Source: a virus. Taken from it: 64,000 nucleotides of DNA. A program made the position numbers and the translations under genes. Every line of letters begins with the position of its first letter. The first letter of the stretch is position 1. The notes beneath the pieces were generated by a model. It was given only the letters and a program-made list of their open reading frames with translations, was not told where the DNA came from and did not search any database. The stretch spans positions 1 through 64,000 of the IMG/VR virus record IMGVR_UViG_3300000976_000011; one strand, 5' to 3'. Shown here in pieces: positions 47,715-57,399 of the stretch.

Positions 47715-47904
47715 TGAGCATCCTGTTTTCAGTATGAGTAAATATGTTAAATCGGAAGATTTATATAAAGATAAAGCAGAATATTATGAGAAAGAATATA
47801 TTAAATGTTTAGTATTATTAAATAAAATTGAAGCGAACGTAGATAGATATTCTCAAGAGGGTGTTTATATTAAAACTTTAATAAGAGAATCATTCGAGGA
47901 TTAA
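47695..47904 (+). CDS. hypothetical protein
   Basis: Packed ORF. Confidence 0.55.
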   Translation: MSQKLNSEHPVFSMSKYVKSEDLYKDKAEYYEKEYIKCLVLLNKIEANVDRYSQEGVYIKTLIRESFED

Positions 47905-47906
47905 TT

Positions 47907-49619
47907 TTGTACATAAAATTTGAGAAGATATCATATAAGAATCTTTTATCAGTAGGCAACAATCCAGTAGAATTAAATTTTTTAGAAGCTCCGACCACAT
48001 TATTATTTGGCAAAAATGGTAATGGTAAATCTTCTATTATTGAGGCTATTCATTTTGCTCTTTATGGTAAAGCATTTCGGAAAATCGTTAAGAATCAATT
48101 AGTTAATAATGTTAATAAGAAAAACTTATTAGTTGAGTTGTGGTTTTCCATTGGCCAAAAAAGCTATAAAATAGAAAGAGGAATACGACCTAATATTTTT
48201 AATGTATATTGTAACGGTGAAAAATTAGATAACGACGCCTCCGCCGTCGATTTTCAAAAAGAATTAGAATTCACTATTCTTAAAATGACTCGCGAAACCT
48301 TTAGACAAATCGTCGTATTAGGTTCTACTTCTTATGTTCCATTTATGAGACTTAATAATCGCGATCGAAATTTAATTATCGAAGATCTTTTAGATATTCA
48401 AATATTTTCTAAAATGCTTATAGTTCTTAAACAGAAATTATCTCTGAATAAAAGAAGTTTAATAGACATCAATCACTCCATTGAACTTACAACTAATAGT
48501 ATAGTACATACGTCTGATCATATTGATAAAATTCAAGACAATAATGATAAATTAAAGAAAGATAATCAAAAACAAATTGATAATATTAAATCTAAATTAA
48601 ATAGATATACAAACGATAAAGAAAAGTTAAATCAGATGCTTATAGATAATGCACTTGATGATAATATTTTAGAAGAAAAAAGACAAGTTAGACAAGAAAT
48701 AGTAAATGCTAATATTTCTATAAAGAGTAACCTTAAAGAAGTTAATAAGCTTCTTGATTTCTTTGAGCACCAGGCTACATGTCCGACCTGTCAACAAGAT
48801 ATAACTGAAGAAACTAAAAAAGAAAAATTATTAGAGTTAGAATCTAAATCTTCAATGATGAAAGGCCGCTTGGACAAAAATAAAACCTTTGTATCTAAGG
48901 CTGATAAAAATATAGCAAAATATGAAGAACATACTAGAAAACTTGAAGAGCTTGCTAAATCTATAGAAGCCTTAACTATAAAAATTTCTCAAGAAAAAGC
49001 TCTTTTAAGAAGAGTTGATTCGGTAGTTGAGATAGATAATTCTGAATCTATTAAAAATTTAAAAGATTTGAATGTCGAGTTAAAGAAATTTATCAAGAAG
49101 CAACAAGAAATTAGTAAGTTTATAGAAGAATATCAATTTATTCAAGAGATTTTAAATGAAAATGGTATTAAGTCTTCTATTATTAAGACATATTTACCAA
49201 TTATAAATAAAATTATACAAAAGTATTTACAAATACTTGAATTTGATATAGAATTTGAATTCGATGAAACATTTGCTGAAAGAATTAAATTCGCAGGACG
49301 CGAAGATGTTCAGTATTTTGCATTATCTGAAGGTCAAAAACTAAGACTTGATTTATGTTTATTATTTACTTTTCGTGATGTCAGTAATCTAAAAAATTCT
49401 ACTTCTACAAATTTATTAATTTTTGATGAAATCGGCGGGAGTTCTCTGGATTCTGAAGGTATGGATTCTTATCTGCGTATTGTTTTTGAAGACGCTAATA
49501 AAGGAAGTAATATTTTAATTATTAGTCATGATAATTATATGCAGACGAATGATGTTCTAGATAGATCATTAGAATTTCGTAAAGATGGAACTTTCACCGA
49601 ACTATTACAAGAAAAATAA
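47907..49619 (+). CDS. 46: recombination ATPase subunit (gp46, Rad50-like)
   Basis: GKNGNGKSS, CPTC zinc hook, LSEGQK, LLIFDE, IISH. Confidence 0.97.
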   Translation: MYIKFEKISYKNLLSVGNNPVELNFLEAPTTLLFGKNGNGKSSIIEAIHFALYGKAFRKIVKNQLVNNVNKKNLLVELWFSIGQKSYKIERGIRPNIFNVYCNGEKLDNDASAVDFQKELEFTILKMTRETFRQIVVLGSTSYVPFMRLNNRDRNLIIEDLLDIQIFSKMLIVLKQKLSLNKRSLIDINHSIELTTNSIVHTSDHIDKIQDNNDKLKKDNQKQIDNIKSKLNRYTNDKEKLNQMLIDNALDDNILEEKRQVRQEIVNANISIKSNLKEVNKLLDFFEHQATCPTCQQDITEETKKEKLLELESKSSMMKGRLDKNKTFVSKADKNIAKYEEHTRKLEELAKSIEALTIKISQEKALLRRVDSVVEIDNSESIKNLKDLNVELKKFIKKQQEISKFIEEYQFIQEILNENGIKSSIIKTYLPIINKIIQKYLQILEFDIEFEFDETFAERIKFAGREDVQYFALSEGQKLRLDLCLLFTFRDVSNLKNSTSTNLLIFDEIGGSSLDSEGMDSYLRIVFEDANKGSNILIISHDNYMQTNDVLDRSLEFRKDGTFTELLQEK

Positions 49620-49752
49620 TGACTGAAGAGCCTAATTTTGTAGATTTAAAACTACATGATGCAGTAGAAAGATTTCTGGTAAATTCTATTGGAAAGAATA
49701 GAGAAAATTTAGAGAAAGCTAAAAAGCATTTGAATAATATAGAAAATACATT

Positions 49753-50298
49753 ATGAGAAAAACAATTTATTTTGATATGGATGGAACTTTAGCTGCGTAT
49801 CATCAACATATAGAATCTTTAGGAGTTGATTTAGAATCTATTACAACAGAAGAGGATTACGAAGAAAAAATCATTTTGCCTCATTTTGGTTCAGATATAT
49901 TTTTAAATCTTAATCCTCTTCCATTACTTAGTTATTTAAAGGAATGGTATGAAGAAACAACTTATTCTAAAACTAATATATTAAAGAAAAATATAGCATT
50001 TGTTAGTTTTGTTGGTCATCATAAGCATAATTTAAATTCTATTAAAATGAAAAGATTATGGTTGGAAAAAAATGGTCTAAACCGCATGGGTGAATTTATT
50101 CCACTGATTGGCCAATATGAAGATAGAGCATTATTAGCAGATAAAAACAGTTTACTTTTTGATGACTGTGAGTATACAATAGAACTCTTTATAAAAAATG
50201 GTGGTTAAGGAGTGACCGTACACCCAGATGTAACTGAAGTTACAGAAGAAGGATACGAAAAATTTAAAACAATAATTAATAACTTTTTGGAAAATTAA
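49753..50298 (+). pseudogene. HAD 5'(3')-deoxyribonucleotidase-like gene with in-frame TAA at 50206-50208
   Basis: IYFDMDG, K..WL, LLFDD; the GG*GVTVH motif is interrupted and the frame stays open to 50298. Confidence 0.7.
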
Positions 50299-50301
50299 AA
50301 T

Positions 50302-51000
50302 ATGAAATTAACAGCAGACTTATTGTCGAAGCTAACCAAATTATCTAGAATCAATAATAGCATTGTATTAACTGAAGGTAATGTATTAGGTGTAAAACAA
50401 ACTGATGCTCATGTAGCAGATGTGATTTTAGAAGAGGCTATCCCAGCAGAAGCAGCAATTTATGATTTACCGCTCTTCATTAAGACTCTAGGATTATTCA
50501 ATGTTGATAATACTAAGTTAGAATTTTCTGATTCTAGAATCATTATTAAGTCAAAATCACAGAAAGCGTCTTATCTATTAACTGAAAAGCGCTTAATAGA
50601 CTCATGTGCGCCTTCTGCTTCAGTTCAGCAAGTAGCTTCTTCTGGTAAATTAGGTGAAGAACTTTTATCTTTTGAACTATCAGGAGAATTACTGGCTCAA
50701 ATTACTTCAAATGCTAAAACACTTGGTTTAGATCATATTTCTTTTGCTATGAAACAAGGTGTTCTTACAGTAACTATTTGTGATAAAAATAACCCAGGTG
50801 AAAATAGTATCGAAACTGTGGTAGCACAAGCTGATTCTCCAGAATTTGAATATGTGTTTTTAACTGAAGATTTCATGAAAATTCCAGCATCTATTTACAA
50901 TATGACATTCTATAAAGATGTAGCTTCGTTTACTCTTATATCAGATAATTTCAATATGTTCTTATGTGCAGACGCGGAATTCACAACTAAGGTTACTTAA
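50302..51000 (+). CDS. 45: sliding clamp (gp45)
   Basis: MKL....L..L...IN.SI, AIYDL..F; position between gp46 and gp44. Confidence 0.9.
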   Translation: MKLTADLLSKLTKLSRINNSIVLTEGNVLGVKQTDAHVADVILEEAIPAEAAIYDLPLFIKTLGLFNVDNTKLEFSDSRIIIKSKSQKASYLLTEKRLIDSCAPSASVQQVASSGKLGEELLSFELSGELLAQITSNAKTLGLDHISFAMKQGVLTVTICDKNNPGENSIETVVAQADSPEFEYVFLTEDFMKIPASIYNMTFYKDVASFTLISDNFNMFLCADAEFTTKVT

Positions 51001-51580
51001 TACTCTTACAATTATCAAAATGATATCTTGTCATATTAGGCCCTGCTCCTTCTTTGTTACAATTAGGACAGGTAATTTTTTTAAATGGTTTACTTCTAGC
51101 TTTTGAAATTTTATCTTTAGTTTCTTTAGAAAATACTCTGTTTTTCATTTTAAGAATGCTTTCTTTAGAGTGCTCGCGCCCATACATAGGATTATTTTTA
51201 CCAGAATTATTATGGCTCATTTTACTCCTAGTTTCAATTGAAAGTATTTTTTCTGATAATATCTTAGAATGTTGTATTTTTAAGAAAGCATATAATTCTT
51301 TATCTATGATTTTATTGCTTATTCTAGACATCAAATTCCAAGCATAGATCATCTTTATTTTATCTTTTCCATCAGTAAAATAAGGAAGTAATTCGTGAAC
51401 TCTATAATGTTCCTTAGCGGTAAGTAGAACTAAGTTATCAGGATCATTGGATCCGCCTAATGATCTAGGAACTATATGGTGCTTTTCATAGTAAACTTCT
51501 TTAGATTTAATTCTTTCTTGTTTCTTAGCTTGGCTTATTATGTTATAATATTCATGATAAAATTTATTTTCAATAAACAT
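50993..51580 (-). CDS. HNH homing endonuclease with NUMOD3 and C-terminal zinc finger
   Basis: EKHHIVPRSLGG, LTAKEH, NPMYG..HS, CPNC...G..NMTRYHFDNCK. Confidence 0.92.
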   Translation of the reverse strand: MFIENKFYHEYYNIISQAKKQERIKSKEVYYEKHHIVPRSLGGSNDPDNLVLLTAKEHYRVHELLPYFTDGKDKIKMIYAWNLMSRISNKIIDKELYAFLKIQHSKILSEKILSIETRSKMSHNNSGKNNPMYGREHSKESILKMKNRVFSKETKDKISKARSKPFKKITCPNCNKEGAGPNMTRYHFDNCKSIK

Positions 51581-51610
51581 ATTTAGTTACTCGTAATAAA
51601 TAAAAATTAT

Positions 51611-51669
51611 GAGGGACAGCAATGTGTTACTCCGTTGTTGGATAATACTTCCAATATTAACCTAACCTC
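51611..51669 (-). ncRNA. structured endonuclease-leader RNA, copy B
   Basis: GAGGTTAG...AACAACGGAG..CACATTGCTGTCCCTC, shared with 42656-42711. Confidence 0.7.
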
Positions 51670-51685
51670 TAATAATTATTTATTA

Positions 51686-52633
51686 ATGCTTAAACAAACA
51701 AAAGACCCACTTATGGATATGGTCTGGTCGCAAAAACATAGACCAGAAAAATTAAAAGATATAGTTCTTCCAGATTCTTTACGAACAGTTTTAGATAAAA
51801 CCGTGGAAGACGGTGAAATACCAAATTTTTTATTTTATAGTAATTCGGCAGGAGTAGGAAAAACTACTGTAGCGCAAGCTTTAGCAAGTGAATTAGATGC
51901 TTCTGTTTTAACTATCAACGGTTCTTTAGATAAAAATATTGATACGCTTAGAGGAGAAATATCCAAATTCTGCTCTGCATTTGATCCAGATGGTAGGCGT
52001 AAGTTGGTACTAATTGATGAGTCTGATTATTTAAATCCGAACTCGACCCAGCCAGCACTTAGGCATTTTATAGAAAAATTTTCAACAATGGCTTCATTTA
52101 TATTTACTTGTAATTATGCAAATAAATTAATACCCGCTCTTAGAAGTAGATTTGTTCAACGATCTTTCGATTTTGAAAATAAAGATAAAAATTCATTAAT
52201 GATGCAAATGCTTGATAGAGCTTGTTATATATTAGATGAAGAAGAAGTAAAATATGATAAGAAAATTGTTGCTCATTATGTAAAGAGTAATTATCCTGAT
52301 TTTAGAAGTTGTATTAATGCTTTACAAATAGCAGCTAAATCTGGACCCATCGTTAAGGTTATTGAGACTCAAAAAACTGAAATTGATAAATTATTAACAA
52401 TAATTAAAAATAAAAAGTTTAAAGAGATGAGATCTTGGTGTGCGGAAAACCATACTCTTGGTATGCCATGGTTAGCTGATAAAATCTATAAAAATCTAGA
52501 TAATTTGTTTGAACCGAGCGCACAACCATTGGCTATTGCATTTCTGGCTGATTATAGTTATAAATCAGGATTTGCTGTAAGTATGGAAATTAATATGGCT
52601 GCATGTTTAAGCGAAATATTTATGGAATGTTAA
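51686..52633 (+). CDS. 44: clamp loader large subunit (gp44)
   Basis: W.QKHRP, AGVGKTT, INGS, IDESD, FIFTCN, LRSR, PDFR. Confidence 0.96.
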   Translation: MLKQTKDPLMDMVWSQKHRPEKLKDIVLPDSLRTVLDKTVEDGEIPNFLFYSNSAGVGKTTVAQALASELDASVLTINGSLDKNIDTLRGEISKFCSAFDPDGRRKLVLIDESDYLNPNSTQPALRHFIEKFSTMASFIFTCNYANKLIPALRSRFVQRSFDFENKDKNSLMMQMLDRACYILDEEEVKYDKKIVAHYVKSNYPDFRSCINALQIAAKSGPIVKVIETQKTEIDKLLTIIKNKKFKEMRSWCAENHTLGMPWLADKIYKNLDNLFEPSAQPLAIAFLADYSYKSGFAVSMEINMAACLSEIFMEC

Positions 52634-52656
52634 AATGAAAGTAGAATTAATTATAA

Positions 52657-52884
52657 ATGATAAAAATTATACAGGAATATCTTTTGCACATGAATTTTAC
52701 TGAGTTTAATGTAGATGATTTATATGATAGATCAAGAGCCGGTAAAGAATTTGAGAAAATGATAACCACTGAAGTTGTAATGAAATATAAATATAGTGAT
52801 TTAGATCGTAGGGTTTTTACAATACTATTTGAAAAAGAATTAGATCAATTTTTAAGAAAAGAGGCTAAATATGGAAGTAAATAA
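52657..52884 (+). CDS. hypothetical protein
   Basis: Packed ORF. Confidence 0.55.
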   Translation: MIKIIQEYLLHMNFTEFNVDDLYDRSRAGKEFEKMITTEVVMKYKYSDLDRRVFTILFEKELDQFLRKEAKYGSK

Positions 52885-53095
52885 AAAAGAAAAAAGAAAA
52901 GTATTGATAAAATACAAATTATTTGAATCTGAAGTAGTTCGAACTGCAACTTTTTTCGATAATGATAGATTATATTTAGCAATATCTGAAGGTTTTTGGG
53001 TAACATCTTATCACAATAGAGCATTAGGTTTTAATGAAAGATCAGATTATGTTCTTCCAAAAAATATCTTGAGTGTTTATGTCCCAGATAGTTAA
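52871..53095 (+). CDS. hypothetical protein
   Basis: GAGG SD. Confidence 0.55.
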   Translation: MEVNKKEKRKVLIKYKLFESEVVRTATFFDNDRLYLAISEGFWVTSYHNRALGFNERSDYVLPKNILSVYVPDS

Positions 53096-53618
53096 AAATA
53101 AAGATGGAACTATTAACTGTATAAGAGATAAATCGTCAGGAACTGAAATTAAACCTGAAGATTTAAATTTATCTAATAAGCATAATAAGATTAATGTACA
53201 ATTACTTAAAGATGCTTTAGAATATGAATTATTTCCTCCTGTAAAGCCAGGACTTTTTGATTTATTAAACGATATAAGTTCTGGTTCAGGCGATCTAATT
53301 AATGGTAATGAAAAAACATATTCGCCATTTGTTATCAATAATTTATTATCTTATTCTAATGATTGTATATTTCACGTTAATGAAATGAATCTACGTGGCT
53401 CGATCGATGGAAAATATCAGTATAAATATTTAAGTGGATCTGTTAGAAAAAAGAAAAGATTTAATAGAACCCATAAAGTTACTAAAGAAGAAGATGTAGA
53501 AATTATTTCTAAAATATATCATCTTAGTTACAGAAAAGCGGCCCAAATTTTAGATATTGTTTATCAAGAACTTGGAGAATTACCAAAATATTACAAAGAC
53601 TTATATAAAAAATTATGA
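53079..53618 (+). CDS. 62: clamp loader small subunit (gp62)
   Basis: Y.PF.IN..LS...D.I..VNEMN, QY.YL...VRKKKRF. Confidence 0.9.
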   Translation: MSQIVKNKDGTINCIRDKSSGTEIKPEDLNLSNKHNKINVQLLKDALEYELFPPVKPGLFDLLNDISSGSGDLINGNEKTYSPFVINNLLSYSNDCIFHVNEMNLRGSIDGKYQYKYLSGSVRKKKRFNRTHKVTKEEDVEIISKIYHLSYRKAAQILDIVYQELGELPKYYKDLYKKL

Positions 53619-54016
53619 TAGAAGCCCCAAGATGGTCTCTAGAAGACGCCATCGAAATTAAATTTAATGATGAAGAAAACTTCTTAAAAATTGCCGAAAC
53701 TTTAACAAGGATAGGAAATCCTAATAAAAATAAAGAATTATCTCAATTATCGCACCTATTACATAAAAAAGGAAAGTATTATATAATCCACTATAAAGGT
53801 ATGTATGCTTTAGATGGTAATTATTCTTTTGATTATGATATGGAAGATGTTGAAGCTCAAAACAAGATTGCGAAATTAATCGAATCTTGGGGCTTAGCAG
53901 AAATCATCGATAAACATAAAGTAAATCAAACCGACGATGTATTCGTTAAAGTTGTACCTTGGAAAGATAAAAATAATTGGACACTGATACCACAATACAA
54001 ATTTGGCGCCAAATAA
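53615..54016 (+). CDS. regA: translational repressor RegA
   Basis: FLKI.ETLTRIG, L.Q..H.LHK.GKYYI.H.K, IA.L...WGL, W.L...Y. Confidence 0.95.
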   Translation: MIEAPRWSLEDAIEIKFNDEENFLKIAETLTRIGNPNKNKELSQLSHLLHKKGKYYIIHYKGMYALDGNYSFDYDMEDVEAQNKIAKLIESWGLAEIIDKHKVNQTDDVFVKVVPWKDKNNWTLIPQYKFGAK

Positions 54017-54020
54017 ATAG

Positions 54021-54070
54021 AAAGCGACAAGGAGAACTGATTGTTTTAGTCTTTCTCTTCTAGTCGTTTT
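54021..54070 (+). terminator. probable terminator after regA
   Basis: AAAGCGAC...GTCGTTTT imperfect hairpin. Confidence 0.5.
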
Positions 54071-54091
54071 TACATAAAATAAGGTTATATA

Positions 54092-55006
54092 ATGAAACAT
54101 TTACATGAAGTACAGAACTCAAATATATTAGATAGAGATTTTTTCGTTAATATCAAATTAGATTATTCAGCATTTATAGTTAAATATGAAAATGGTGTTT
54201 CTACTTATCATGGTAGAAACTTAAAAGAAATTACTCATTTCGGATTTGAGAATAGATTTGCTATTTTATCGCCAGCTCGCTCTATATTTTTAGCTAATTC
54301 TGAAGACATATTGGATAAAGATGGATATTATCATTTTGAATATAAAAATCCTGATATGGAATATACTATCGACGATGGCCGAGATCCTGGTCTATATTTT
54401 TCATATTTTACAGATTTAGATCATAATGTTCAAAATACTGATATAGTTAGAGAAACATCAATAGAAATTTCTCGTGATGATTTAAAAAATCTATCTTCTA
54501 GTGATCTTTTAGTAAAATACAATCTAGGTCAAGAAGAAGGTATAGTTGTACATTTTCCTATGTATAATGATTCAGTAAAAGTAGTAAATCCATATTTTAC
54601 AAGTTATGCTAAATTAAAGCGCTCAGTAAATAGTAATAGTAAAGAAGTAAGAGCCTTTGTTAAGGCTTTCTTTGAACAAGGTAAACAGGGTTTAGTTTCA
54701 GGAGTAAGCAAGAATATAGAAGACACTCAAGCTTATAAAAATTTCATATTTAATAATGCTGTTATCGTTTATGCTGATCTTATGACAGATTTAGATATAG
54801 ATTTTTTTAAAACTAATCCTGCTCTATTATCTTATAATAAATTATTTAAATTTTATTCATATGAATTATGGGAAATAGTAGAAAATCAAACTGCCATGGA
54901 ACAGTTTGATAGATATATTGGAAGAGGCAATTATGAACTTATCTCCTTTATATACATAGTGTTAATGAATTTAGTTGAAAAAGAATTAGAAAATGAAATT
55001 AAATAA
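54092..55006 (+). CDS. ATP-dependent RNA ligase-like nucleotidyltransferase
   Basis: IKLD (motif I), HFE, EEGIVV (motif IV), VKVVN (motif V). Confidence 0.6.
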   Translation: MKHLHEVQNSNILDRDFFVNIKLDYSAFIVKYENGVSTYHGRNLKEITHFGFENRFAILSPARSIFLANSEDILDKDGYYHFEYKNPDMEYTIDDGRDPGLYFSYFTDLDHNVQNTDIVRETSIEISRDDLKNLSSSDLLVKYNLGQEEGIVVHFPMYNDSVKVVNPYFTSYAKLKRSVNSNSKEVRAFVKAFFEQGKQGLVSGVSKNIEDTQAYKNFIFNNAVIVYADLMTDLDIDFFKTNPALLSYNKLFKFYSYELWEIVENQTAMEQFDRYIGRGNYELISFIYIVLMNLVEKELENEIK

Positions 55007-55229
55007 AATAGACGTTGAAATTTCTGATATGGAAGGAAGACTTTTAATAAATTCTTTATCTTTATATTTAAAATGTGATGGCTGTTTAGCATATTATTCC
55101 AATGGCGCTCAACTTCTTGATAATGAAAGACATTATTTAGAATTGTTATATCATTTTTGTACTTTATTTGATAAAATAGAAGTCTATACTAAAACTTTAG
55201 AAACGATAACAAAACATTATGCTGACTGA
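54993..55229 (+). CDS. hypothetical protein
   Basis: Packed ORF. Confidence 0.55.
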   Translation: MKLNKIDVEISDMEGRLLINSLSLYLKCDGCLAYYSNGAQLLDNERHYLELLYHFCTLFDKIEVYTKTLETITKHYAD

Positions 55230-55521
55230 TGAAATATTAAATAAAATAGATTATGTTGCTGCTAGGGTAGTTCCTAGATTTCTTAATGAAAACTGTGTTA
55301 ATGGATTTTCTATAAAAGAAAATGATGAAGAATTAGAGCTAATAGGTTTTCATGGAAAACTTCTTTATCTTCATAAAAATAAATTTCAATCAGACTTATA
55401 TAGAATGTTTATTTTTCAAGCTATTTGTGAATATAAATGCATAGAATTAAATGAAAACGAACTTGATATAATTTTAGAATTTCAAGAAGCAATACCAAAA
55501 TATAACCGGAGAACCCATTAA
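55219..55521 (+). CDS. hypothetical protein
   Basis: Packed ORF. Confidence 0.55.
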   Translation: MLTDEILNKIDYVAARVVPRFLNENCVNGFSIKENDEELELIGFHGKLLYLHKNKFQSDLYRMFIFQAICEYKCIELNENELDIILEFQEAIPKYNRRTH

Positions 55522-56519
55522 TGTACACCGATATAGAAGAACAATATTCTCAATTATTAAATCATGTAAAATTATATGGTCATCAAGTAGATAATGATCG
55601 AACAGGAGTCGGCACTAAAAAAGATTTTGGTCATTTAATTAAATTAGATGTAGAAGAAGTAGGGTTCCCAATTCTTACAAGTAAATTTGTACATTTTAAA
55701 TCTATTGTAGTTGAACTATTATGGATGTTAAATGGCGATGATAATACCGATTATCTTAAAGAGCACGGTGTTACTATCTGGGATGAGTGGGCAGATGATA
55801 ATGGAGATCTAAATGGCGTATATGGAAAACAGTGGCGACATTGGCATAGAAATGTTTACAAGCGAGAAGTAAAATCTTTGGAGGATCTATGTGATATGTT
55901 CGGTCGCCCTGAAGAATTTACTGGCCACACTGCTATTTTTAAAAATGGTCAAACTTGGAACTATTTTAATAAAGAAAATTTCTTTAGATGGGATCAATCT
56001 ATAGATCAAGTAGAACAGCTGATTAATACAATTAAAACCAATCCAAATGATAGGCGACAAATAGTTACAGCTTGGAATGTAGATGCATTAGACAGTATGA
56101 ATTTACCACCTTGTCATCATACCTGGCAAACATTTGTTAGAGGTGACACTTTAGATTTAATGATGCATCAGAGAAGCTGTGATATGTTTCTAGGTGTACC
56201 TTTTAATCTAACAGCATATTCTCTTTTATTGTGCATTTTGGCTAAAATAACTGGATTAAAACCTGGAAAATTTACATGGACGGGTGGCGACTGTCATGTA
56301 TACTCTAACCATGTTAATCAAGTTGATAAGTATTTAGATAATTATTATACCAATGCTTCATCAAATGGCGGTATTCAATATCCAACTCTTTGCTTTAATG
56401 ATGATATTGATTTTTCAAGCTTACAATCATTTTTAGATACAACATTGGATAATCCTGAAAGAATATTTTTAATGGATTATAAACATATGGGTTCTATTAA
56501 AGCGGATGTGGCAGTGTGA
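55521..56519 (+). CDS. td: thymidylate synthase (ThyA type)
   Basis: DRTGVGT, ELLW, IWDEW, YGKQWR, LPPCH, QRSCD.FLGVPFN, DCHVY.NH. Confidence 0.97.
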   Translation: MYTDIEEQYSQLLNHVKLYGHQVDNDRTGVGTKKDFGHLIKLDVEEVGFPILTSKFVHFKSIVVELLWMLNGDDNTDYLKEHGVTIWDEWADDNGDLNGVYGKQWRHWHRNVYKREVKSLEDLCDMFGRPEEFTGHTAIFKNGQTWNYFNKENFFRWDQSIDQVEQLINTIKTNPNDRRQIVTAWNVDALDSMNLPPCHHTWQTFVRGDTLDLMMHQRSCDMFLGVPFNLTAYSLLLCILAKITGLKPGKFTWTGGDCHVYSNHVNQVDKYLDNYYTNASSNGGIQYPTLCFNDDIDFSSLQSFLDTTLDNPERIFLMDYKHMGSIKADVAV

Positions 56520-56785
56520 TGAAAGATAAATTAGGAAGACATTTAGATGCAAATGATTTGATTGTATATTCTACATCATCAAGAGATTATAATAATTTTA
56601 AATTTGCTAAAATATTAGAAGTAGAAGAGAAATCTTTAACCCTTATTCCATTGGTTGAAAATTGGAATAAGGGTTTTCGAATCGGTAAAAAGTGTAAAAT
56701 ATCTCATTCTGAAAGAATTCTTAAGATTGATGACGCTACATCAGTTTTAGCTAATATGAAGTTAGAATCACTTACTCAAATTTAA
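56516..56785 (+). CDS. hypothetical protein
   Basis: KD.LG..L...D.IVY motif; GTGA overlap. Confidence 0.65.
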   Translation: MMKDKLGRHLDANDLIVYSTSSRDYNNFKFAKILEVEEKSLTLIPLVENWNKGFRIGKKCKISHSERILKIDDATSVLANMKLESLTQI

Positions 56786-56861
56786 AATCAAATCCCAAGT
56801 CCTTAAAAGATAAACCTTTAGGGAAAACTTTTAAGGACTTGGGATTTGATTTTAAATTTGA
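56776..56861. repeat. perfect 34-bp inverted repeat (18-nt spacer) derived from an endonuclease C-terminus
   Basis: TCAAATTTAAAATCAAATCCCAAGTCCTTAAAAG and its exact reverse complement. Confidence 0.95.
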
Positions 56862-56892
56862 TCCATATAAGTTTTTATAAAGGAGAATTTTT

Positions 56893-57339
56893 TTGACTAC
56901 AATTTGCTGGGACGGAGAAACATTGGCAACAGATTCTTTATTAAATTCTGATTCAGGAGTTAGCCAAGTTGAAACTAAAAAATTATTTAAAGTAAATAGA
57001 TATTTTGATTTCATAAATGTGAAATTTGAAGATAAAGGATTCTATCTGGCTGGAGCTGGAAATTACACTGAAATTTTAACTATTTTAGATACGTTAAATT
57101 TTTCAAGTATTGAAGAATCAGAATTTTTTATATTAGATATCAATTTAACTAAGTGTTATTATATTGATAGTTATGGTATAATGGAAATTAAAGAATCTAT
57201 GGCTATTGGCTCAGGAAGTCAATATGCCATGGGAGCGATGTTGGCAGGATCAAACGCAGCCGAAGCTGTTAAGATCGCGTCACAATTAGATACTGAAACA
57301 GGTGGAAATGTACAATATATAAAGGTTACATATTCTTAA
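56893..57339 (+). CDS. proteasome-beta/HslV-like Ntn hydrolase
   Basis: N-terminal MTT, LATDS, AGAG, AIGSGSQYAMGA, D..TGG; AGGAG SD with TTG start. Confidence 0.85.
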   Translation: MTTICWDGETLATDSLLNSDSGVSQVETKKLFKVNRYFDFINVKFEDKGFYLAGAGNYTEILTILDTLNFSSIEESEFFILDINLTKCYYIDSYGIMEIKESMAIGSGSQYAMGAMLAGSNAAEAVKIASQLDTETGGNVQYIKVTYS

Positions 57340-57350
57340 TAAAATAGTTA

Positions 57351-57393
57351 TTTACTTTTATACCCATTAATATATAATACTCATCAAGTTAAA
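57351..57393 (+). promoter_or_regulatory. sigma70-type early promoter
   Basis: TTTACT...TATAAT followed by ATCAAGTTAAA. Confidence 0.7.
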
Positions 57394-57399
57394 CAAATT

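Noticed and set aside
50206-50208. Genome-wide stop-codon reassignment
   Set aside because: TAA, TAG and TGA all terminate conserved or tightly packed genes, core genes are full length, and no suppressor anticodon was found.
55850-56000. Intron or intein in thymidylate synthase (also checked by eye in gp43, nrdA, nrdB, gp41)
   Set aside because: Only a ~45-aa in-frame insertion without intein splice motifs; the other genes are uninterrupted.
56772-57014. 80-aa minus-strand ORF as a real gene
   Set aside because: Mostly antisense to the Ntn-hydrolase gene; only its end reflects the endonuclease-derived inverted repeat.
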